Part shown: positions 56,708 through 64,000 of the stretch, piece after piece
How positions within the stretch are numbered: the first letter of the stretch is position 1
Layout of the letters: each line of letters begins with the position of its first letter
DNA from: Dehalococcoidia bacterium
GTDB lineage: Bacteria > Chloroflexota > Dehalococcoidia > Lucifugimonadales > JAAXIE01
Direction of reading: 5' to 3'
DNA: 64,000 nt
Assembly: GCA_965248385.1 (NCBI GenBank)
Contig: CBDFIZ010000002.1
Coordinates: 949,904-1,013,903 of the forward strand
Program-made: the position numbers and the translations under genes
The notes under the pieces: model-generated
Seen by the model: only the letters and a program-made list of their open reading frames with translations
Told to the model about the DNA's origin: nothing
Databases searched by the model: none

Positions 56708-58129
56708 TTACGCGAACTGGAACTCGCGGGTGGCTGCGATTAGCTGGAGCACGGAGCTGACCCGCGCCTCAGCGTGGGATGCGCTCCACTTTAGGTCGCC
56801 GTCATTGGCGGCTTGCTCCACAAGCTCCTTGCGAGTGCCCTCGTCCACATTCAGCGGGCCCATCTGGTCCAAGCAGTTATCCACCAACTGCGCCGGGGTC
56901 ATATCGCCTGCTGACCGCAGTCGCTCGATGATGTCGCGCACGCCGGGCAGGTCAGTGTCGCCGAACCGATCAGACATGAAGTTGATGCGGGCCATGAGCG
57001 AACCGCTGTTGATCCACTCCTCGCCCGTGTGCCATCCCTCCACGCTGGGGGGGTTTAGCAGGTCCTGTCCCATATATGTCGGCTGCATCGACAGGTTGCC
57101 GATGCCCGGGCCGGGGAAGGCGGAGCCGCCGACTGTCCGCAGGGTGTTCACCACGACTTCAGCAGGGCTCTTCACATGGGCGTAACGCACGCTGGCGTCC
57201 TTGAAGAAGTCGGAGTTGAACAGGGTCCGCAGCACGGCCTTCATTTCCAAGCCGGAGTCACGGAAGCTGTTGGCCAGGGTCTCGATGGCCTGCGGGTCTC
57301 GCGGGGCATCGATCTGCCACGCGGGTACCTGCACCTCGTCGGCCACGAAGAAGTTGTACAGATGGCGCGCCACGAAGTGGTGGCATGCCTGCTGCTGCAC
57401 CACGATGTCTAGGATATCCTCGCCGTTGAGCTTGCCGGTGTGACCTAGGAAGGTCTTCTCGTCGTCGTCGTGGTCTTCGGGGCGGTATTCGAACTTCCAA
57501 GGGTAGCGACCGTAGGGCAGGCGGGGAATCTTGTACTCAAAGGTCCAGCCGGTGAAGGCCCGCGATGCCTCGCGCACATCCACCTCGGTATAGTTGCCTA
57601 CACCCATGCTGAACAGCTCCAGCAACTCACGCCCCCAGTTCTCGTTGACGGCTTGGGCGTGGTTCTCGTTCTGGTCCAGCCAGAAAATCATGGCCGGATT
57701 GGTGGCTATGTCCATCAGGATGGAGCGGTAGTTGCCCATGCCGTTGTCCCGGAACATGTCAATCTGCTGGTTCAACTGGTCATAGTTGTCGACCTTGGAG
57801 TTTCCTGTGGCGAACACATGGTGCCAGAAGACGGCCATCTTCTCTTCCAAGGGGCGCTGGGTATTCAGAAGGTGGTACATCCAGTTAACGTTGCCCATGG
57901 GAGGCTGGCCGCCTGCGAGAAGGGCTCCGGGATGGTACCGCAGCATCTCGTATCGGTCGGCTTGGGGTATGTTGTCATCCGGGTTGAGCAACTCCTCTAC
58001 TGTAGCCTCGTAGCCCTTTTCGCAACGGGCTTCGATTTCGCTACGAGTGGCGCCAAACCCGGCGCGTCGCATGAGGTGCGCCATCAGCGCTATGTCATCT
58101 TTGTTGGCCACTTTCCCCTCCTTTCTCAT
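56708..58129 (-). CDS. DUF1800 domain protein
   Basis: HLMRRAGFGATRSEIE... family-like N-terminus. Classic DUF1800-DUF1501 gene pair. Confidence 0.85.
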   Translation of the reverse strand: MRKEGKVANKDDIALMAHLMRRAGFGATRSEIEARCEKGYEATVEELLNPDDNIPQADRYEMLRYHPGALLAGGQPPMGNVNWMYHLLNTQRPLEEKMAVFWHHVFATGNSKVDNYDQLNQQIDMFRDNGMGNYRSILMDIATNPAMIFWLDQNENHAQAVNENWGRELLELFSMGVGNYTEVDVREASRAFTGWTFEYKIPRLPYGRYPWKFEYRPEDHDDDEKTFLGHTGKLNGEDILDIVVQQQACHHFVARHLYNFFVADEVQVPAWQIDAPRDPQAIETLANSFRDSGLEMKAVLRTLFNSDFFKDASVRYAHVKSPAEVVVNTLRTVGGSAFPGPGIGNLSMQPTYMGQDLLNPPSVEGWHTGEEWINSGSLMARINFMSDRFGDTDLPGVRDIIERLRSAGDMTPAQLVDNCLDQMGPLNVDEGTRKELVEQAANDGDLKWSASHAEARVSSVLQLIAATREFQFA

Positions 58130-58201
58130 ATCAGGGGTGATTTGGCTCGGATTCTAGCACCTGGGATGCCACTGGCCAAATTGGGGGTCCACCTGTGGAC
58201 T

Positions 58202-58720
58202 CTATGGAATGGGGTGCACCAACTCGCCGCCGACGGCGTGGCGGGTGGGCACACGCTGGGTCTGGGCGCCCTTGGTCTCCCAGAATAGCTCGGCTATCTG
58301 CTGGGTGGTGGCCAACAGCTGCTCGGCGGCTGCCAGGTCCACCTCTTGGCGGGTGCGCGATGCCAGCTTCATGGCATTCCAGAAGAGGGTATGCACGTCG
58401 GGGTGCTGCTCTAGGTGAGTGGGGTTGAAGTAGTCGCCCCAGAGGATGCGAAGCTCGCGCTTGCACATCTCGGCGTGCTCTTCCTTGGAGGCTATGTACC
58501 GGCCAAGCTTGGCGTCGTGGACCTCCACCTCGTCGGCGGGGGCGTGGGCATCGGGCTTGGGAAGGTCACGAATGAGCTGGTTCATCCGCAGTATGGTGAG
58601 GGCTGCCACTTGGGACTGATGGGGGTCGTAGATGCCACAGGGCACGTCGCAGTGGGCGTGGGCTTCTTCCGGGGTTACCACACGAGCCAAGCTGCGAAGC
58701 GCATGGTAGATTAGTCGCAT
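58202..58720 (-). CDS. sodN: nickel superoxide dismutase precursor
   Basis: Propeptide followed by the Ni-hook HCDVPCGIYDP; GGAGGA RBS. Confidence 0.92.
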   Translation of the reverse strand: MRLIYHALRSLARVVTPEEAHAHCDVPCGIYDPHQSQVAALTILRMNQLIRDLPKPDAHAPADEVEVHDAKLGRYIASKEEHAEMCKRELRILWGDYFNPTHLEQHPDVHTLFWNAMKLASRTRQEVDLAAAEQLLATTQQIAELFWETKGAQTQRVPTRHAVGGELVHPIP

Positions 58721-58799
58721 ATTTCCTCCACGTTAGCTTGATTAGGTTTTGATGGCCTCAAGTGTACCAGAGGGCAAAAAGAGCGGCAATCGAAGGGAC

Positions 58800-59329
58800 A
58801 ACTCGTCACTGTCACAGACTGGCCTCATTTAGATGGCTGTCTCCAGACCTGCCCGTGGATTGAGGGACGCATTTGCACGCAGGTGTGCACGCATGGTGGC
58901 GCCCCGTAGCTGAGGTGAGGCGATGGGCGTGCATGCTGCCTAGCTGGGGTTGCACGGCGTTTGTAGCTGCGGCGAATTTTTTCGTAGCTAATCCCCCTGC
59001 AATCCCTGCAATTGGGTCCTTTGGTGCAGCTAGCGACCAGCTACGACTTTGGATGTGCATCGGCACTGCATGGTGGGGACGGGCGTGGCAGCGGCGGATG
59101 TTGGATTCTCGTGGCGATGCCGTAGCTGCGGTGGGCTGAGGAGGGGCCTGCACCGATTGTTGTCCTTCAGATGGTTGCAGTTTTTGCACGAGGCGTCCTT
59201 CTCAAGTCGAGTTATGGCCGAAGTTGAATCGTAGGGCCAAATGGAAAGCCGGTGCCACCTCGATGGGTTCGTCCCCGGCCTATGGTCATACTAGCCGAAT
59301 GAGTGTTGGGAGACAATGGCCGATTGTCA
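58800..59329 (-). ncRNA. structured noncoding locus D of the YYY-AGCTACG family (minus strand, upstream of sodN)
   Basis: Minus-strand promoter box TGACA-N8-TTGTCT-N17-TAGTAT (59288-59329). Six AGCTAC(G/A)/AGCTAGG copies. Adjacent tandem ATTGCAGGG x2 (58995-59012). TGCGTGCA x2 with a complement flanking AGCTACG (58874-58934). Confidence 0.5.
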
Positions 59330-59457
59330 TGGCTGGGTGGTGGGGTGCAGATTGTGGTTTGCGATAACGATTGATGCTCTGCCGTTGGGCGGGACGAATC
59401 AGAAAGGAAAGCGCAGATCCACTAACGCGATGCACTAGAATGGCGTTGGGTGGTCCT

Positions 59458-59943
59458 ATGCGCCTATCGCTCGTCTCATATCTAATGTCCCTTATCCGCG
59501 CCCGGCGCTTCATAGTGCGCGGCGCGAGTATGGAGCCTGGTTTCCGCGATGGCGACTGCCTGCTGGTAGACCGTGGCGCGTACGGCAGGCGAGTCCCTGC
59601 TCGTCATGAGGCAGTGGTACTGCGTCTGCCTCATGACGAGCAGGCTTATTTGAAGCGTATCGTGGGTTTGCCGGGGGAGTGGGTCCGCTTGGAATCTGAA
59701 GCGGTGATGGTGGACGGCAAGGCGATCCGCGAACCATATCTGGCTGACAGGAGCATACCCCAAGAGTTCGTCGGTCAGGAGTGGTACTTGGGGCCCGATG
59801 ACTACTTGGTGCTGGGTGATACCCGAAGAGATAGTTTCGACAGCCGCAGGTTTGGCCCTGTGAGTGTGGAGCAGCTTGTGGGATCGGTACTGTTCCGCTA
59901 CTGGCCGTCGTCGCGTTGGGGTAGGGGTTCGACCCCTGCCTAA
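59458..59943 (+). CDS. sodX: S26 family signal-peptidase-like Ni-SOD maturation protease
   Basis: GASMEP catalytic Ser motif, LKRIVGLPGE, GDTRRDSFDSR. Start uncertain (59440/59458). Confidence 0.85.
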   Translation: MRLSLVSYLMSLIRARRFIVRGASMEPGFRDGDCLLVDRGAYGRRVPARHEAVVLRLPHDEQAYLKRIVGLPGEWVRLESEAVMVDGKAIREPYLADRSIPQEFVGQEWYLGPDDYLVLGDTRRDSFDSRRFGPVSVEQLVGSVLFRYWPSSRWGRGSTPA

Positions 59944-60926
59944 CGGGAGTCCTCGGCCAACCAGCGGGCGGCGTCCTTGGCGAAGTAGGTGATGATCATG
60001 TCGGCCCCAGCCCGCTTGATGGCGGTGAGCAGTTCGAGGGCCACGCGCTTGCCGTCAATCCACTCGTTCTGGGCGGCGGCGTGCACCATGGCGTACTCGC
60101 CACTGACGCTGTAGGCAGCGATGGGGTGGTTGTACTGCTCCCGCACCCGGGCGATGACATCGAGGTAGGCCAAGGCTGGCTTGACCATGATGACGTCGGC
60201 CCCCTCCTGGATGTCGGTCTCAATCTCCCGCATCGCCATGCGCGAGTTGGCCGGGTCCATCTGGTAAGTATGCCGGTCGCCGAAACGGGGCGTGGACTCG
60301 GCGGCCACGCGGAAGGGCCCGTACAGGGCGGAGGCGTACTTGGCGGAGTATCCAATGACGGGGGTCTCGATGTACCCAGCGGCGTCAAGGGCGGTACGAA
60401 TGGCGCCGACTTGGCCGTCCATCATGGCGGAAGGGGCGACGGCGTCGGCACCGGCGGCGACCTGCGAGACGGCGGTGCGAGCCAGAAGCTCGAGAGTTTC
60501 GTCGTTATCGATGGCCTCGTGCTTCACCACGCCACAATGGCCGTGGTCGGTGTACTCGCACAAGCAGACATCGCCGATGACCATGAGTTCCGGCACGGTC
60601 TTCTTTAGGAGGCTGGAGGCCTGCTGGATAATGCCATCGTCGTCGTATGCCCCCGATCCCACGGCGTCCTTCACTTCGGGTATGCCGAACAGCAGCACTG
60701 CCGGAATGCCTAGGGAGGCAACTTCCACGGCCTCGCGTTCCAACAGGTCTAGGGAAAGCTGGTAGCAGCCGGGCAGCGGTCCGATTTCCTGGCGCACGTT
60801 GTGGCCATGGGTGACAAATAGAGGATAGATGAACTCGTTGGGGCTAAGGCGTGTCTCCTGCACCATCCTTCTGAGGGATGGTGTGCCCCTCAAGCGACGC
60901 AGGCGCGCCTGAGGATAACCTACCAT
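59940..60926 (-). CDS. hemB: porphobilinogen synthase
   Basis: RLRRLR N-terminus; active-site Lys region VKPAL.YLD; 328 aa. Confidence 0.95.
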   Translation of the reverse strand: MVGYPQARLRRLRGTPSLRRMVQETRLSPNEFIYPLFVTHGHNVRQEIGPLPGCYQLSLDLLEREAVEVASLGIPAVLLFGIPEVKDAVGSGAYDDDGIIQQASSLLKKTVPELMVIGDVCLCEYTDHGHCGVVKHEAIDNDETLELLARTAVSQVAAGADAVAPSAMMDGQVGAIRTALDAAGYIETPVIGYSAKYASALYGPFRVAAESTPRFGDRHTYQMDPANSRMAMREIETDIQEGADVIMVKPALAYLDVIARVREQYNHPIAAYSVSGEYAMVHAAAQNEWIDGKRVALELLTAIKRAGADMIITYFAKDAARWLAEDSR

Positions 60927-60928
60927 TG

Positions 60929-61729
60929 CTATGTCCTCCCGTGGGTATAATGCTCTTTTAGAGTCTGCACCAGCCCTTCGCTGGTGTGGTCCGACGCTAC
61001 TACGTCGATCTGCAAGCCCTTGTGCCGTGCCGCTTCGGCAGTAACCGGCCCAATACAGGCTAGCACAACTGGGGCCAGTTGCTCTATACGCCCCTCCAGC
61101 ACACTTACCATACTGCGCACAGCAGAGGGGCTGGTGAAGGTGGCTACGTCCAGCCCACCGCGCAACGCTTCGTGCACCTGGATTCCGGCGTTGTGGGGGA
61201 TTTCGGTGCGGTACAAGGAGATGTGTTTCACCTCCGCACCCAGCGCTTCCAAGCTAGGCGGAAGCTCGGCGCTGCCCTCCTCGGCCCGTGGCAGTAGTAC
61301 CCGCTTACCTTGCAGGTCGAGGCTGCTCATCGCCTTCACGATTCCCGCAGTCCGGTGGTCGTGGGGCATCAGGGCAACCTCAATGCCACGCTGTTTCAAA
61401 GATTGGGATGTAGCAGGGCCAATAGCGGCCACAGATAGTGCGTGAAGGTGCTTCTCATCCAGTCCAAGGGCGAGCAGCCAGTCGAAGAAAACCTCCACGC
61501 CATTCACGCTGGTGAACACAAGCCAGTGGTAGTCGTCTAGGGACAGCAGTGCCTGCTTGATGGCCCCGTCATAGTCTAGGCACGGGCGAATGGAGATGAG
61601 GGGCGCCTCCACCGGCGTGGCCCCCTCATCTCCCAGCAGACGTACGAGCGAGGCGGCTTGCGCTTGCGGGCGCGTGACCAGCACCCGCAAGCCCTTCAGC
61701 GACCGGGCGGTCTGCTGTGGATTAGCCAT
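60929..61729 (-). CDS. hemD: uroporphyrinogen-III synthase
   Basis: LKGLRVLVTRPQ...; between hemC and hemB. Start trimmed to the ATG at 61729. Confidence 0.85.
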   Translation of the reverse strand: MANPQQTARSLKGLRVLVTRPQAQAASLVRLLGDEGATPVEAPLISIRPCLDYDGAIKQALLSLDDYHWLVFTSVNGVEVFFDWLLALGLDEKHLHALSVAAIGPATSQSLKQRGIEVALMPHDHRTAGIVKAMSSLDLQGKRVLLPRAEEGSAELPPSLEALGAEVKHISLYRTEIPHNAGIQVHEALRGGLDVATFTSPSAVRSMVSVLEGRIEQLAPVVLACIGPVTAEAARHKGLQIDVVASDHTSEGLVQTLKEHYTHGRT

Positions 61730-62630
61730 TCTGTAACTCCGAAACCGGCGCCCCACTCTCGATCAATGCTTGGAGACAGCTGGCCGCCACGGCATGGGGG
61801 TCTGGGCTCCCAAAAGCGTAAACTTGAGAAGAATCGTCTTCTCCCCATGCCAAGTAACCAATGAGATGCAGCAGTCCGTCCTGCAGGCGCGCATAAGCGC
61901 CCATAGGTAGCTGGCACCCTCCACCCAGAAGCTCCAAAAGGTGACGCTCGGCAGTTATTTCCTGCCTTGTCGGAGTGTGTTCCAAAGCGGCGACCGCATC
62001 TACGACGCCAGTGTCGTCTGTGCGAGTCTGCACCGCTAGCGCCCCCTGACCTGGGGCGGATACGAACTGTCGCTGTGGGAGGCGCTCAGCGATGTCGCCA
62101 TCGAGACCCAGCCGGTCCATGCCCGCGGCGGCCAACACCGCTCCGTCGTAGTCTTCTCCCTTGGCCTTTCCCAAGCGTGTCTCAACGTTTCCACGCATGG
62201 GAAGCACTTGCAGGTCAGGACGCTGGTTCCTGAGTTGGGAGGCCCTTCGTGGGCTGCTGGTGCCGATGCGCGCCCCCTTGGGAAGCTGCTCCAGTGAGCA
62301 TCCCCAACGGTTGACCAGGACGTCCCGTGGGTCAGCGCGTTGGCAGACCGCGGCTATGGTGAGGCCCTCAGGTGACTGGGTGGGCAGATCCTTGAGGCTG
62401 TGCACTGCTAGGTCCACCTCGCCCCTCAGCAGGGCGTCCTCCAACTCCTTCACGAACATGCCCCGACCCATCCCCGCTAGCGATGCCTCGGGGGAGGCAT
62501 CGGCTTGGGTGCGAACGCGGACGACCTCCACATCCAGACCCGGCGAGAGAGCACGCAGACGCTCCACCACCTCATTGGTCTGGGCCATGGCCAGTCTGCT
62601 GGCCCGGCTACCTACGCGTAAGCTGTTCAT
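61722..62630 (-). CDS. hemC: hydroxymethylbilane synthase
   Basis: LRVGSRASRLAMAQT..., HSLKDLPT, GTSSPRR. Confidence 0.95.
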   Translation of the reverse strand: MNSLRVGSRASRLAMAQTNEVVERLRALSPGLDVEVVRVRTQADASPEASLAGMGRGMFVKELEDALLRGEVDLAVHSLKDLPTQSPEGLTIAAVCQRADPRDVLVNRWGCSLEQLPKGARIGTSSPRRASQLRNQRPDLQVLPMRGNVETRLGKAKGEDYDGAVLAAAGMDRLGLDGDIAERLPQRQFVSAPGQGALAVQTRTDDTGVVDAVAALEHTPTRQEITAERHLLELLGGGCQLPMGAYARLQDGLLHLIGYLAWGEDDSSQVYAFGSPDPHAVAASCLQALIESGAPVSELQNG

Positions 62631-62838
62631 GTTGACCGCATTGCAGCAACATCAAAATCTAGTCTCTGGACTTGTCGATGCTATTGCACAACCCTTCGCA
62701 GCATACTACAAACGGGTTTCTGGTGCGTCACGGTACGTACGACGACCCGATATCGGACGGGGGCGGCTTTACCGTCATTTGGGCCTGGAGCCGGAATCAA
62801 GTGGGTCCCGGCCTCCGGGGACCGTTCCCCAACACCTA

Positions 62839-63357
62839 TGACATTAGCCCGTTGACGGGGACTGCTGTTCCCCTCTAGCCTTCGTACAGACCCGTCCCGT
62901 TCACGACTGGTCCCTCTCTTGGTAGACCACTTCTTGAGGTGCCAAAACATGCGGACCCCTCGCAAGGACAGTCCCGTGGCTGTTCACTACGCACGCGTAC
63001 ACACTCGCCGCTCCAGTGGTCCAGCCCGATGCCATAAAATGTGGCATAGAAATCCCTTAATTTCGTAGTTGAATTGATTACGAATGCTACAGATGCTACA
63101 TAACGCAGATACGGTAAAACGCATTTTAGCTACGAGGCGTCTGGCATGTGAACAAGCCACAGCTACGATTCGTAGCAACCATGGGATAGATGAGACCGAA
63201 ACCAGATAAAAAACTCGCGTCAGCTACAACTACTGTCCCATCCGAAGCTGCAAGGACGGTCGTGATGCAAGGATCTCCCTCCGGAGGGATAACGGTCGGC
63301 TGTCCCCCAGAAGATCCCCTTGATATACTTTCTTGTAGCTACAGCGAGGCACAGCGT
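62839..63357 (+). ncRNA. structured noncoding locus E of the YYY-AGCTACG family (upstream of gatB)
   Basis: Promoter box TGACA-N8-TTGACG-N18-TAGCCT. TCGTAGTT (63063) pairs with AGCTACGA (63128). ATGCTACA x2 (63084, 63093). CAGATAC-N15-AGCTACG. GCTACGA-TT-CGTAGC hairpin (63162-63176). The last AGCTACA lies 8 nt before the gatB SD. Confidence 0.5.
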
Positions 63358-64000
63358 GTGGAATACGAAACCGTTATAGGGCTAGAGGTGCATGTCCAGC
63401 TGCTTACCGAGAGCAAGATGTTTTGCTCTTGCAGCACTCGGTATCAGGGCGCGCCTCCCAATACGCATGTCTGTCCTGTGTGCTTGGGGATGCCTGGGGT
63501 GCTGCCGGTTATCAACAGGCAGGCTGTGGAGCACACGATTGCTACTGGCTTGGCCTTGGACTGCCGCATCGCTGAGACTACACGGTTCGACCGCAAGAAC
63601 TACCCCTATCCAGACCTCATGAAGGGCTACCAGATCTCCCAGTACCAAGACCCAATCGCCTATGACGGGTACTTGGACTTGGAGATTGGTGACCACCGGA
63701 GGCGCATCAGCGTGGAGCGGGTGCACTTGGAAGAGGATGTGGCCAAGCTGCAGCACGTAACCGGGTATGGGGCCGAGCCTTACACGTTGGTGGATGTGAA
63801 TCGGTCCGGCGTACCTCTGATGGAAGTGGTGAGCCGTCCCGACATGCGCTCGGCGGAAGAGGCCCGCCTCTACCTCACCAGCCTCCACGCCATCCTGCAA
63901 TACACAGGTGTCTCCACCGCCAATATGCAGGAGGGCAACTTCCGCTGCGATACCAACGTTAGCCTTCGCCCCAGGGGCAGTGACCAATTGGGGGGCAAGG
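63358..64000 (+). CDS. gatB: Asp-tRNA(Asn)/Glu-tRNA(Gln) amidotransferase subunit B (5' part, runs off the window)
   Basis: GTG start; my translation is [51 protein letters not shown].... It is not in the ORF track because no stop is reached. Confidence 0.9.
   Translation, partial: MEYETVIGLEVHVQLLTESKMFCSCSTRYQGAPPNTHVCPVCLGMPGVLPVINRQAVEHTIATGLALDCRIAETTRFDRKNYPYPDLMKGYQISQYQDPIAYDGYLDLEIGDHRRRISVERVHLEEDVAKLQHVTGYGAEPYTLVDVNRSGVPLMEVVSRPDMRSAEEARLYLTSLHAILQYTGVSTANMQEGNFRCDTNVSLRPRGSDQLGGK

Noticed and set aside
63382-63987. 201-aa minus-strand ORF
   Set aside because: It is antisense to the clearly recognisable gatB reading frame, a typical high-GC shadow ORF

Overview
High-GC (about 60%) bacterial chromosomal segment, gene-dense and mostly housekeeping. 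The gene content (DUF5679 mini-protein, Ni-SOD plus its protease, F420 CofE, hydantoinase genes, UbiD/UbiX) suggests a Chloroflexota-like organism; this is inference only.

Recognisable blocks, left to right:
- bPH protein, an orphan MNT nucleotidyltransferase and a DUF4145 protein
- GMC oxidoreductase, threonine synthase-like enzyme, MFS transporter, amidohydrolase, PHP phosphoesterase
- nusA-ylxR-infB-rbfA-truB operon (minus strand)
- Rrf2 regulator, moeB and cysK/M cysteine module
- hyuA and hyuB
- pheA, then a K+ uptake cluster (3 RCK genes, USP, TrkH)
- cofE and a PduO-type adenosyltransferase
- hisH-hisA ... hisF ... hisIE
- ubiD-(MNT/HEPN)-ubiA-ubiX-ubiE operon
- TPP decarboxylase pair
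- tRNA-Thr/Tyr/Thr-tuf-rpmG-secE-nusG-rplKAJL
- S41 peptidase, peptide ABC importer without ATPases, MA-type peptidase, radC, NHL, DUF1501/DUF1800
- sodN and sodX, hemBDC, 5' part of gatB

No transposase, integrase, CRISPR array, rRNA or prophage genes were seen.

The main finding is a family of five ORF-free, apparently structured 0.5-0.75 kb loci (A-E). Each has four shared traits:
- It starts with the same promoter-like box, TGAYA-N8-TTGACR-N17/18-TAGNNT.
- It carries 3-6 copies of a pyrimidine-tract + AGCTAC(G/A) motif.
- It usually carries a CAGATAC-N15-AGCTACGAC core.
- The core is flanked by tandemly duplicated, locus-specific ATGNNNNN words and their reverse complements (compensatory change).

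All five sit directly upstream of, and co-oriented with, housekeeping genes. Three of them split gene pairs that are normally adjacent. I cannot assign them to any RNA family or mobile element I know.

Secondary observations:
- a leaderless Cys-containing mini-ORF plus intrinsic terminator upstream of moeB-cysK/M
- an MNT/HEPN toxin-antitoxin pair translationally coupled inside the ubi operon
- REP-like ATTCCC-N8-GGGAA palindromes around the hyu genes
- a probable frameshift at the ubiE 5' end
- an unlisted 46-aa DUF5679 zinc-ribbon gene
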